Shown piece by piece: positions 1-12,461 of a stretch of 64,000 nucleotides of DNA (within the stretch, counting starts at the first letter, position 1; every line of letters begins with the position of its first letter). The notes below the pieces were generated by a model. That model ran no database searches and was not told the DNA's origin. It saw nothing but the letters and a program-made list of their open reading frames with translations. The translations under genes and the position numbers were made by a program. The stretch is from Psammoneis japonica (Eukaryota). The DNA is taken from NCBI GenBank assembly GCA_008632985.1, contig QPGO01000204.1:62001-126000 (forward strand), written 5' to 3'.

Positions 1-59
1 AATGTGACACCTGTCGAGAACTCCTCAAAACAGCACACCTGCTTCTGGCACCTCATCTC

Positions 60-1500
60 CATCTTCCACCTTTGCTGCAACACCCCCAATGCCCATTGGT
101 GCTGCAACTCTGGTGGCTTCTGGCAGTCCCTGCCACAGCCCAATGGCTTTTCCCAAGGATGCCCACACTCACTTCTCCCTTTGCTGCTGTCATCCACAGT
201 GTCATCCTCAAGAAACTCAATGCCAAACTCCACCAACAACTCCCTTCCTCTGACATCATGTCTGCTGCATTTCTCATTGATGACAACAGCATTTGGAAGC
301 TGCCACACAGAGCTGGTCCCAAAAAACAGAGTGTGCCTCAACCGCTCCAAGACCCACACACTCACCTCTGTCTCAGGGACCAACCCCTTGCCAAACTTGC
401 CCCCTGGCAAGTGCTGCCACAACAGGAATCTTTCGAAAATGACCCGTGACGTAAAACGCACAACACAATTGAGGATGTCTGCAGAATCCAAATGTTTTGC
501 ACTGAAACTGTTGTGTTTGCACAATTTGTGCAAAAATGGACTTGACTTTTGTCGGGTCAGGCGCATTTTTGCAAATGTGTTGAAGAAAAATGCGCCTGAT
601 CAGAAAAGAGTCACGTCTGTTTTCACTGAGGACAGACAGACAGACTTTTTGACAATTGTCTTGGCACTGTTCTGCACATTTCCAGATGAATGACTCTACA
701 GCGTGAAAGATTGCTGTTGCCTTTAATGAGCCCTTGCTTTTCTCAACCCCACCAACAACCCTGCCCTCCACCCTGAAATTGCCACTGGCCTCCGCTTCCT
801 TGGCCAACTCAACAGAAGCACTGACTTTGCCCACACTCACCTCCACCAAAAAGCTTCTGCTGTGTTCCATGCCAGCAATCTTGGCCAGCTCTCCTCCTGC
901 CTCCACCACCCCCTCAAACCAAAAGCTCGCTGTGCCACATGTGTGCTGCACATGTGCCACCTCCTCACTTCACAAAAGGACCAGCGCCTCTGCAACACCC
1001 TCCTGCAACACCTTGCAGCACAATCACAGCCCTTGCTGCCTCACACTCAGCTCTTCTTGCACACCTCCCTGCAGCCAATGGCATCATCAGATGTCACTCC
1101 ATCTCCGCCTCTGTCATCCCCTTTCTCATCTCCCAACTTGCCCACTCCCTGTGATGTGCCACACATGGACCCATGGCCACCAACAACAACTCCCTCAAAC
1201 TTCCTTCCTTCTGCATGTGCTCCCTTTGCACATGGGCCGCTTCTTGCCACCCCCTGCATCTTTGCCAAGTCTTCAAACTCTGTGGCTTTGCCACAATGCC
1301 AATGCTTGACCCTGCTCCACTCTCCCATGCTGCTCTTGTCAAGACTTGCCTGCTCCAAAACCTCCTCCACTCTTCATGCCACGTTGACTTTCTCAATGCA
1401 ATGCATCCACCATCCCAAGCCAAGCTGATGCTTGTGTCTGATCATCAGGCACTCACTGGCCTGTTGAACCACACTCTGGCTGCATCATCATGGATTCTGT
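60..1500 (+). mobile_element. Heavily degraded non-LTR retrotransposon (reverse transcriptase remnant), TpA-depleted
   Basis: Across frameshifts reads QPNGFSQGCPHS..FAAVIHSVILKKLN...MSAAF(L)IDD, matching the LINE RT motifs QG.PLSP.LF and YxDD. Downstream C..MDPW-type Cys/His remnant. Limits approximate. Confidence 0.45.
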
Positions 1501-2050
1501 GGCACCAAGTTGGCAATTTTGTTGTCCCCAAGAAGCCACTGCAGCTCAGTGGGATGTCTGATGGCTTGACAACAAGAATCCTGGGATGGTTGTGAACTCC
1601 TCCATGGATTCCTTTGTTACTTCAACCATCTTCTCCTTGGATTTTGATCGTTGTTTGGACGTTTCTTTTTGACATGCCGGTGTTATTTCGTCATTCCGAA
1701 GGCACTGCTTTCGTGCACCATGCGGATAAATGTCCATTTTTTGTGTTTTGTTTCACCATCGCTTCAACTGAGTGCTGTGTGCGGTCGACGTATAGACTCT
1801 ACGATGGAGAGTGTTGGTGTCTCTGGTCATTTTTGTCATTTGCAACAAACGATTGACAGACTGTGTACAACAAGCAGTGCTAGATAGCATGTCCTGAGTC
1901 CTGAATCTGTTTGACAATCGTGCTGTGTATGCTGTGTTTGAATCATCACATCTGCCTTTCATCTGCTGCAAATCGAGTGATGTGGCTGTTTTGTTGGTGG
2001 AAAAGCAGCAACTGCAGGCACAAGAACGTCACTGTGCAATTTTCACAGCA

Positions 2051-3021
2051 ATGAAAGAAACAAAAATAATGACATCATCGACAACGCCCTCCTTGTGTGG
2101 ATCCTTTTTATCCTCCAAACGTTCGCTCGTCACCTTTGCATGGACCATTGCTACGGCATTGTCATTGGCAGCCTTCATCATGGCTCTCGTCATGACATTG
2201 CAAATCAATTCACACTATCGCTATTTGGAGAGTCTGCATGCGCAAGAAAATAATAATAACAATCAAGACGATGAAGAAGAGGAACATGAATCCCAAGACG
2301 AACGAAACAATAATGACAATCCCTACGCATTATTGGCATCGGCGTCGAGTCGCAGCATGGCATTTGTCGGACTGTACACCATGATTCTAGCCATGGGCCT
2401 GTCTCTGTATGGATCGACGGCCATTGTCGGATTTACTTCGCTACGTGGGGATTACATTGCACCGTGCTTTTCCAGTGACAATTCAAGTATGCGTGTCGGG
2501 ATGTTTGGTGGAGCCATTGTTATTTTTGCAAATTTACTGCTACTCTGTGCCGTGATTTTTGGGGAATTTCGAGTGAGTAAGCACAAAAGAATGCTGTGTG
2601 CAAACTTTTGTTTTGCGCTGCTACTGTCTGTTGAAATGAGACGCGTCGCCACACAACGACTGCTGATATGCAGTAGCTCTTGCTGTTTTGTATGAATAGA
2701 CTTTCATTCGATTTTTAATCAGCATCTCGTTTTGTTTCTCTCTTTTGGTAGGTGGAAGACTTTGTGGATCAACGAGAAAAGGAAGAGATGGAACCCTATG
2801 CCGTGGAGCGAATATCCAGCGTATTGGCCATTACGTGCATGTTTTTGAGTGTGCTGTACACGATATTTGCCGTCTTGCTCTTTTTATGTTCTGAATCGGA
2901 GGAACCAAAAAAAGTTGATACGGACCACGAGTCGTCCCATCACACCAAGCCGTTGGTGACGGTGGGTCCTCGTGATCCAAACGTGTCTTCGGGATTTCTT
3001 ACAATGGAGACAGCGACGTAG
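2051..3021 (+). CDS. Two-exon membrane protein of unknown function (about 4 TM helices)
   Basis: ATG 2051. Phase-0 intron 2573-2751 (GTGAGT...TTTTGGTAG) joins ORFs 1925..2695 and 2752..3021 in frame. Hydrophobic segments, normal Tyr content. Confidence 0.75.
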
Positions 3022-3345
3022 TATAGTCCGCGTTTGGACCGAATCTAGAGTAGTAAAGCATCTACTCGGTGCATTATTATTTAGGGATCTTCTTTTGTAT
3101 TGGGCCTTTATCATTGTGTTGACGCTTTGCAAGCCCTTGCAAGCATGCAGTTATGCCATGTGTTGACTCCCTGTTTAAAGACACAGCCTTCCTGCAAAGA
3201 CTAGCTAGCTAGAGTATGCCTCTACTTCTACTCTATCTCTACTCTACTAGTAGAGCTAGAGCTACCGATAGCTACTCTAGACTAGCTACTAGAGAGTAGA
3301 GCGAGATAGAGAGGACCGACCGACCGATCGGCAAAATAGGAGACG

Positions 3346-3737
3346 ACTCCTAGTTGTAACTAGCAATTAAAAGCATTAGTGCATGCTAATTTATCATATC
3401 ACGCATTAAAAATCTATTCTTGTCATTGCAGGGATGATTTCTAGCGCTTGGAGCCTTTAAGAGAGAACTACTTGCGCTCACCAAGATCCGGATCAAACCC
3501 ACTTTAGGGCTTCAATGGCACTTGTTGTGTTTGTTGACTCTTGCTATTGCTCATGTTTAATGTCCTTCTATATGGTAGATGCTTCCTGGACTATTGTAAA
3601 GCCTTCAATCTATATTATGAACAATCTATGCATCCTTCCGTGTAAGCAAATAATGAAAATGGGTGTCCCACAGAAGGGTTCCGGCCTGCTGTCGTCATTT
3701 ACCTGTCACTGGTAGTATTTTCTACAGTCTGATCCCA
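3346..3737. repeat. Dispersed repeat, copy A (homologous to 63606-64000); may extend further
   Basis: Shared colinear blocks, e.g. ATGATTTCTAGCGCTTGGAGCCTT, GATGCTTCCTGGACTATTGTAAAG, AAGGGTTCCGGCC, TCGTCATTTACCTGTC. Confidence 0.85.
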
Positions 3738-5971
3738 ATCTAAAGAAGCATTGTCCGCATAAAAAAGCATCTTTCAAGTCAACATGAGCAATTTAAGCCG
3801 GGCTCCGAGTCGATTTGGTTGGAGCTTGTGTGTTCAAGGGATCCGAGGTCCAACTGCTTGCGGCTCCTCAGGAACTCGCATAAATTTTTGACACCTGACA
3901 ACTGTCCAGACACGTCTCATACAGTCATAGAGGGTGGAGTTTGAGCCATTGATTGAAACTTTTGGATGGATTAAAGTCGGCATTGAGTAGATTTGATTGT
4001 CGCAAACGATCTTGAAAGCAAGGATTGCCGCGTTTGCTTTTTTTTTTGACACGGAGAACACTGCCAAAGAAAGAGCTTGTGCTTTTCTATGTCATCTTTA
4101 TCGAATAAATCGTCCAAGTCATGGGTACCTGTATAATACATTCCACTTTAGACCTTCAAAACATTTGCTGTCGTGTCGGATGCAGAAGAAACAAAGAAAT
4201 TGAGTGAAAAGTTCAGATGACGATTAAAGGCATCAAATGAAGATGCCTTGCTTTAGTGCCCTTACCTTATGATCATAATGAGGTTTTAATATACTATCCA
4301 GGTGCTTCTTACACTTGGTGTTAAAGATTGCCGCCGCCGCAACCGATCCCATTGTCGACTTGAGTTGCGTCGCGTGTCTGCGTTTTGGATGAAAAAACAT
4401 TGATTTTATGGGTTATGAGCGTTTTGTCGAAAATCACAGCTATTGCCGCGCGGACGTGGTCGTGGAAAGGGGCTTCAATTAGATGGAACACGTTGTTTCT
4501 CGCTCAAAACGAATCATAAGTTTCCGTGTGTTCAAGGTGTGTTCCCACTACTTATTGAAGCCCACGGTGGTTCAGTTCTACGCGCGAGTGGCATTAGCTT
4601 CGACTTGTACGACTAAAATCTAAATAAATATTCAGGAGCTCGATCGACCTCGAACATTTTTAAAATTCCTTGCTTTGATGCATGAAACGCTATTTTACGG
4701 AATCCCATTATTTAATGACACAGAGCTGCAAGTTTCAAGATGTCATTCCAACATCAAAACTGCTGTGGCATTTGGAGCACCTTCCATGGCCCTTCACTTT
4801 ACTCGTTTGAGTGACCGTTCCTCAGACGTGCTCCAAATGGCAAGCTCATTTTGACTGCAAAGCAGCAGCTTTAAATTGGTGCTCCGTTTTCTGTGTAGAG
4901 TGTGCGCACTTTTCCGGCACATGACGTCACATTGAGAACACTCGATCACAAAAAACAATGCATTTTGTGAACTGGCTGGATTGACGATGATCGATGATTG
5001 TCTTGTGTGACACGCCTTTCCACTGGCTGTTTTTGAGCGCTTCTGATGTGGGCTGTCGCCCATGAGTTGCACTGCAGTCTTATGACCAAAGCACATTTTT
5101 GTGAAATTGCTTTACGCAGCTCTCAGCTCGCAAACCGAAAGCGTTCCGACATCTTTGCTGCTGACCTGCAGCACCATTGACCGTCATGCACTCTCCCCAC
5201 TTTGCCAAGAACAAACCGTTGTGTTGTCAATGGGTCAATCTAATTTTCTTTTTACATTGTGAAATCTTCTACATTTGCTTTAAACGTGAGCTGTCTGCAC
5301 AGCAGGAGACATCTAAATCCACGAGACAAACAAGTGGAGTCGGATGTTTTGATGTCAACTTTCGGTGGAGCACGGTTGCAGCGAGCACAGCTTGCTTGTT
5401 CGAGTCACCAACAGGAAAGACGGACAATCGGCGACACATTACATTCCTTTGGTGATGCTTGAAAATGGATTCGAGTGTTGACACAACATGGCGGTCGACG
5501 GCCACATGTTTGCTGATCTCCGATGCAAAGACAGGTTTCTCCAAAAGCTTCATGGCCTCAGGGAACCGTGCCCCGGACGATTGATGACACCCTGGCAAAT
5601 CAAGTGAAAGAGCAGCAAAATGCTGTTCAGTTGGGCGTTTGCAATAAAAATGCGAGGTTGACAACAACAAACAACTCGCGCCTGCTTTTGATTTTTGCCT
5701 TGTGTTGATGTCATCGATTGTCTGGATTGTGGCTGGAGAAAAGGCAATTTCAAAGGAACACATGAATTGAGAAGAGGGTGACGAGTGACATGCCATGGGT
5801 TTGATGACAATTGAAGTGCTTTCAGTGGCGCAACAGCTGCGAACCTCGACCGCCGCCATTGCCGAAGATTGCAGAAAATGGTTGGGCTGTCGGCATGATT
5901 TTTGTGTGCCAGACACACACGTACATTTTTTCTACGCTGGTACAAAAAAATTATTTCTACGAAGCTAATGC

Positions 5972-6230
5972 CGCTACATTTTTCAGTTCACTTGTCCGTC
6001 GATTTTTTTAATTAAGGGACCTCGATGAAAAATTGAAATATTTCAATCGTAGCCCGTGGTATCTTTTCTACGAAGGCGGATGCGCACGATGATGGTGCTG
6101 TCTCAGCTGATCTCGACCCATCCGGCCTTCGTAGAAAAGATACCACGGGCTACGATTGAAATATTTCAATTTTTCATCGAGGTCCCCTAATTAAAAAAAT
6201 CGACGGACAAGTGATCTGAAAAATGTAGCG
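5972..6230. mobile_element. Foldback/MITE-like inverted repeat: ~110-bp near-perfect arms, ~36-nt spacer
   Basis: 5972-6082 (CGCTACATTTTTCAGTTCACTTGTCCGTCG...CTACGAAGGCGGATG) is the reverse complement of 6119-6230 with only a few mismatches. No clear target-site duplication. Confidence 0.8.
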
Positions 6231-6392
6231 CTTTGAACCACTGTGAGCCCCTCTAATTTTTCCTTGTCCGTGAGTCATCCGTTGCATGCTCGAGTCGTCG
6301 TCGCACTGCCACACAAAATATTCTCATGAAAGAAGGGTAGCCTCAACAACAAAGCAACAACTTGTTTGCTGCTAATAAATACAGCAAACACC

Positions 6393-9148
6393 ATGTCTTT
6401 CAAACGCACCGCTAGTAGTAGTAACACAGGATCAGCCTCCAAGAAACGACTCAAAGCAAAAGTTGGAAAACGAGCCACTACCAAGAATAATGAGACGGAC
6501 ACGGATTTCAAGGCTGTTTCGGTACAAGTTTCACATCAACGAATTTCTGTAGAACAATCCTTGCAAGAATTGCTACCCAAAGCAAGTCATCCCTCGGCTG
6601 CTGTACGCAAATCATGTCTCCAGACCATGTTGTTGCAACAGAATTTGTTAAAAGAAAAATCCGTTTCATCGTTGTGGATACCCGTCGTGACCAAGTGTGC
6701 CAGTGTCGATGAGGACGAGAGTGTGCGACGGGTGGGATTTCAAATTTTGCAACAAGAGTGTTTCGAGATATCGTCACACCATTTATCCATTGTTCTGGCC
6801 TATGTGGCATCCGCCATGGTTCATCTCAATGAGGATATTCGATTTCACGGATGCAAACTATTGACGCTCTTGTGTAGCAACAACAAGCATGTTTTGCGAG
6901 AACAAGAGCGCGTCTTTTTACCGCTCTTTCCGAGACTGTTACGGGATGCCTCGAGTGTGGTCAAGAGCAATTACAACAACAACAAGAGGAATCAATATGG
7001 TGAAAAATCTAAAAAGAAAAAGAGCACATTGGAAGATCGGTTATCGATTGTGTTGGAGGCGCTCGTGGCGTTTCTAAGAGCATCGTTTCCAAAACAAAAA
7101 GCTTCTGCCGACGTGAGAGAGTCATTTCCAATCGAATTCCGTACCGCTTCGTCCAACGGCGTATTTATGGCTTCTTCACGTGCAGTTTCTACGAAAGGTA
7201 CACCAATCCAGAGCATGAGTGGCTTTTGCAACATGTTGCAACAACAACAAGAAACTTTGGGGAAAAAGAAGAATCGAGACTTGCCTTTTGTAACCGACTG
7301 CGTGTCGATCCTGGAACGACTCTGTGACGTGTTGATTGAGTTACAACAACAATCGAACAATTCTTCTCCATCACAGCTGTTGCTTGTACTGGAATCGGTT
7401 CGCATTCTGTGGAAACAAATCGTATCCTTGGAAAAGTTGTCTGGACGTTTGCTCAAGCTCTTGTTGGAACTCTATCCCATTCACGAGGGTAACTCTGCAA
7501 ACGTGGCAATATTACAAGTCAATGCATTGTTGGTTTGTCTCTTGGTGGAACTTGGGCGTGACCAAAAGAATAGCAACAAGGCTTGGATGCATCCGGTTGT
7601 TTCGTTTTGTACTAGTACTACACAGAATTCGAGTAGTTTCGAAGCGATTGAAACCTTGTTGGGAGATTGGAACCCAAACGAAGACGACTGCAATACTACG
7701 AGTATAGTAGTGCCATGTGTCACAAGGTATTTCAATCCGTGTGTGATTTGTTCTTTTCGCATGACCAAGAAACAACGGTGGATCCATTGTCTGCCCGCAA
7801 AGCCGTAAAACTCGTGCTGGGTATAATCACTCGATACAACGATTCGAATGACAATGTGAAGAATGAAAAGTCTCGGAAACGATTCATTGCCTTGACGCGA
7901 AATGTCATTTCAGGATTAGCAAAGTATATCACAGCATGGGACACATCCTATTTGGACGATTCGAATGTGGTATGGAAGTTCTTGTTGGATGCGATACGAA
8001 AGCGCGATTTGAGCGAAAAGAAAAAGAGTGCAATCATGACGAAGGATTTGATGCAAATCTTGTCGACGGATGTTTCTCGTTGTCTTTTGAAAGGTACAAA
8101 AAAGAAGCAACCAATGTTATTTGTACGGTATCCTGAGCGTATTCAGCGTATAGTGGTGGCATTCCTCGGGACGCTAATTCAGTCTCACGAGGGCAACGCA
8201 GACACTATTGTACGGGGACTGGCCAAGTCGTGTCAACCACAAGCTACTATTACGCTGAGTCCTATGATTTGCGATTATGTGTTTGACGTGATGCACACGG
8301 TCCGACGATGCGTGTCTATGCAAACGTATTTGGAATTCGTCATGGACAGTGTGACTATAAACCGAGGGAAAACGAATGACAATCCAGACGAATGTATCTC
8401 GTGCCAAGCAATCATGAAACACGACGAGTCATTCAAGCGTGCATGCCGCGCCCTTGTGGAATGTGGGAGTGCATCCAAGGTTTTGATGGCTCTTGATGAA
8501 GTCTTGTTGAGCTGGATTACTAGCAGTACGGAATCCTCTAGTCTCGACTCGATTCGAACGAAGAGAGCGGCAATCCTAGTGTTTGCGAGCTTTTCTCTAC
8601 ACCTCAACAGAGACGACTCGTCTGTGTTTCAAGTGCTGCCACATCTCTATGATCCCGCAGCAATTGGCGTTTGTGACTTGCTTTCGAATTTCATGTTTGC
8701 TAATGAAAATGCCAGCAATAGCGATAGCCAGTTTGACGCTCTGATGCGGCCCATTGTGGTGAGAAAATTACAGTATCGTTAATTCGCATGCATGTTATTG
8801 TTTGCCGCGTTTGCCATTCTCATTTACATTCCCTTGTTCTTTTAGGTCTTGATCAACTGCGAGCCGCGTTTACTATCGACCATCTTTCAAGAAGCCGCCA
8901 ATAGAATTGTTGGCTATGAGAAATTTACGGATGAAGCAGAGGCATTGCCGTCCGATACGCTTCTCTTGCGAGCATTGATTGAACTGATTCCGTCACCAAG
9001 GATTGTCAGTGCGGTTCGACAAGAGTCGGAGCAACTGAAAAGACATTGTCAAACGATTGAGTCCCACATTGCAAACAGTGGATCTCGGAACGATCACCTC
9101 GGCGGGAACCTCCGGACAAGACTCGATGCGATTGTTGGATTTTCCTAG
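6393..9148 (+). CDS. IPI1: IPI1/TEX10-like pre-rRNA processing (Rix1 complex) protein; one apparent frameshift near 7690-7712, intron 8759-8845
   Basis: N-terminus KKRLKAKVGKR..NETDTDFKAVSVQVSHQ...LQELL....HPSAAVRKSCL resembles the Ipi1/TEX10 N-terminal signature; HEAT-like helical body. GTGAGA...TTTTAG intron joins ORF 7667..8782 to 8846..9148 in frame. Confidence 0.75.
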
Positions 9149-9605
9149 AGTACACGTACTGTAATGTCACTCAACGAATGCAAAGTTTTGCGTCTTTGAC
9201 CGGTGACTGCTTCTACTGTTCAAGCAAGCAATATGTAGATGGAGCACCAAATCGTAATGATTTGTGTGTCTACTACCATACTCCTCCTTCGCACTCTGTT
9301 GGCGCTGGAGGTGCAGGACAGTTTCAATTTTTAGCTAGGAATGCGACAGTAGACTACTACTACTACTACTCCGTTCGATGCATTAACCCATACATATGTT
9401 AGCCTTACGCAAGCAACTGTGATACAGACAAAGTATTCCTACCACAACCATGCAACTTCAATCGTCCCGTGTTGCTGCAATGCTATTTGCGTAACAACAA
9501 AGAATGAACTGCAACTGCAGCATGATTGGCAAAAAGGATGAAATAAAAATCACAGATCTAATTGTTGTCTACCGTGAATGCATATGCGGATCCAGAATTA
9601 TAGCC

Positions 9606-9887
9606 TTACTGTCGGCCATCTTTCAAGAAGCCGCCAATAGAATTGTTGGCTATGAGAAACTTTTGGACGAAGCAGAGGCATTGCCGTCGATGCGCTTCTC
9701 TTGCGAGCATTGATTGAACTGATTCCGTCACAAAGGATTGTCAGTGTGGTTCGACAAAAGTTGGAGCAACTGAAAAGGCACTGTCAAACGATTGAGTCCC
9801 ACATTGCAAACTGTGGATAATCTCGGAACGATCACCGCTCGGCGGGAACCTCCGGACAAGACTCGACGCGATTGTTGGATTTTCTTA
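9606..9887 (+). pseudogene. Isolated frameshifted duplicate of the IPI1 last exon
   Basis: Near-identical to ~8870-9147 with small indels. Preceded (9557-9605) by a fragment matching the 3' end of the FG-GAP gene at 14068-14115. Confidence 0.85.
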
Positions 9888-10343
9888 AGAGAGGGTGTAG
9901 GTAGAGCGCTGCAGGCAGTAAAGTGCAGAGCTCGAAAATCCAAATCAGGCGGCTCAGTTTCAGCTCATGCGAGAATACATTGCTGCCAAAAGAGACTTGT
10001 GGACTACTACTAGCGAGAAGGCCAAGGTGGTTGTCACTTCGGACCCAACTAGTGATATTCTAGGGAAAGCTTTGGCCTTTTATGACTTGAGAAAAGACGG
10101 ATTGAAGTGACAGTGCTGATATCATTACATTTGCTCCCACTGATTGTATCACAAAATATGCGTCTTACCATTCCCTCTAGAGCCTATTCTCAATTATTCA
10201 TCGATAAGAAGATCTATAATAAACGCACGCTCTAGTTCCTAAACCAACACTTCTTTCGCGAGAGAAGACGGCCTTTGCTTTCTTCAAGATCCACTAATGA
10301 TGCTAATGCTCTACAATCCCAATCCCCCAACCCCGGCCAATTA

Positions 10344-11605
10344 CTACTCCTTTGGCGTGTCGACCTTGTCATGGTCGGTCTTCGCCTCGTCGGTCTTTGC
10401 CTTGTTGTTGCTTGCGGCGTTGGCGGCATCGGATTTCAAGTGAGCATCATCAAGCCTTGCACGCTTGCTGGAAGGCTGCTCGTCATCGTCGTCGTCATCC
10501 TCTTCAATAGAGGACAAGGCCAAGGCCTGAATCTTCCTCAAGGCCCGTTTGCGGTCTTTAGGGGAAGTGTTGGGAGCACAGGCCGTCTCCGTGAGCTGCC
10601 GAATGTACTCCTTCTCGGCGGAGAGAGCCGTTTCCGTGGTGCGGTGGGTGAGCTCTGACATTGCGTTCGGCGATGAGGCAGGGAGGGATTCCGACGAGAC
10701 ACGCACTTGGGCTTGGGCAGAGAGGGATTTAGGGGGCTTGTATCCCATGCCGTCCTTTACCATGTCCTTGAACACAGCCGACTTTTCGTGTTTGTTCCGC
10801 CAGATGCGCATGGTGGAATTTGGACAATGAGGGCTCCTCTTGTAGCCAGCGTTCATCATCAACTGAACCTTTGCGGATATCTTGTCAGGGTGTTCCATCC
10901 AGTTGTCCTCGTCTGCAAGACCTCCGTACGCAAGAGCTTTCTCGGGAAGCGCTTCAGACAACAAGTCTACGTCGTCGTTGACGATCATTTTGGCGGTCAA
11001 GTCCTTGCGGTCAAGCATCAGCATTTCGTAGTTGACACGTTTGATGTCTGCGTTGGCGATTTTTGCTTCTTCCTCTGCTTTTTTCATCACGAGTTTCAGC
11101 TCCCGGAATTCCTGCGAGATCTTCCTAACCTTCGTGGAGGCCTCATCATACTCTTCAAAAGCCCCTTTGAGTCTGCCTTCGTACCTCCCCAAGGCCTCTT
11201 TCGCTTCGCTTCTCTCCTTGGGAAATTGCCTCTGCCTCTTGTCCTTAAGCACGCGTTTTGGCTCACTTGCCAACTCGCGAAAGTCCTCGCTGTGGAAGTC
11301 GAAGTGCTCGACATCGTCCAGCTGAGGTGCTGGGCGCTGAAGGAACACTGCGCAGGCGTGTGCAAAGCATGGAATGTGATGAGAATTGGGCCAGTGCGCA
11401 GTCCGTGACAGACACAAAACTCACACGGACAAGAACTGTGCAACTCACCTGAAGGTAAAGAAAAGCATTCTTCCAAGAAAGACTTCACCGTGCCGCCAAG
11501 CGACTTCGACTCGTCACGGGCGACGGGTTGAGTGGGGCCAGGGATGACCAGTTGCATGTCCTCGATTTCGGGGTCACCGTTGGGGTCACCGTTGTTTTCG
11601 CTCAT
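10344..11605 (-). CDS. Two-exon orphan protein with coiled-coil and acidic C-terminal tail
   Basis: ATG 11605 (MSENNGDP). Phase-1 intron 11448-11348 (GTGAGT...CGCAG) joins to long ORF 10344..11417. GC-rich codons, heptad-like segment. Confidence 0.65.
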
Positions 11606-11846
11606 GGTCGTGCGGTCAGTGAGCTGACGATCTTCCGTAAAAAAGTGATCGTGAACTTGTGGCTCCACAGTACTGCGGGTTTTCCTCGCCGGTTCTCTTA
11701 GGAAATGCGTAGAGTTCTACGTGAATGTATTGGGACTGATTACGTAGGTTTTGTACAAATTTTTGTCGTAGAAACTGTACCTGTTTTGCGTATGTAGGAT
11801 ACATGTTGTTTAGTACCACATACAAAAATTCCTGTAGACCTCTACA

Positions 11847-11962
11847 GGATGAGAGCGGTGAGAAATTTGGATGAGAGCGATGAGAAATTTGGATGAGAGC
11901 GATGAGGAATTTGGATGAGAGTTCGATGAGAGTGGGGGAGTCGGATGAGAGTCGGATGAGAG
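11847..11962. repeat. Imperfect tandem array of GGATGAGAG(C/T)-based units
   Basis: GATGAG recurs about 9 times, including ~22-bp units GGATGAGAGCGATGAGAAATTT. Confidence 0.85.
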
Positions 11963-12461
11963 TACGACAATCAACAAATAATCGACGTATCGAGGTGCTC
12001 TTTTCTTTTACCAGAAAGATCGTAACAATATACATTGATTAAGGTATGGAACGTCGAATTTCGTTGTAAAATGGCTTCAAACGACGTCGACGATTGACGC
12101 GACGCCATGGTCGTTTTTCGTCGTTGCATCGGTTGACGGTGCGATATTTTGACCATTACATTTATTGATGACCAAAAAAATATATTGTAAATTCTAACTT
12201 TCCTGTTCGAAGCTTAGGAATGTATATCAAGTAATAATGAAGGAATATTAATATTTTCCGTTTATGCCTGCTTATGTATGTTGCGATAATAGGATGAGTA
12301 CACCAAATCGGCGAAATCGGCATATCGGCCATCGTCGCTTCATCCGGAAAACACATTCATCACAAAACAACACGGAACAGTGTAACATCGAGAGCATTAT
12401 CATGAGCTCGCTCGAGGAGGGTTCTGGGAGGTGATATCTCAAGGAATTTTCAGGTTGGATA

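Noticed and set aside
4..1595. Numerous long overlapping ORFs as real genes
   Set aside because: By-product of TAA/TAG loss; only broken RT motifs are recognisable.
5269..5916. 215-aa minus-strand ORF
   Set aside because: Lies in a TpA-free block with no recognisable motif, so it cannot be supported as a gene.
10707..11408. 233-aa plus-strand ORF
   Set aside because: Antisense shadow of the GC-rich minus-strand gene.
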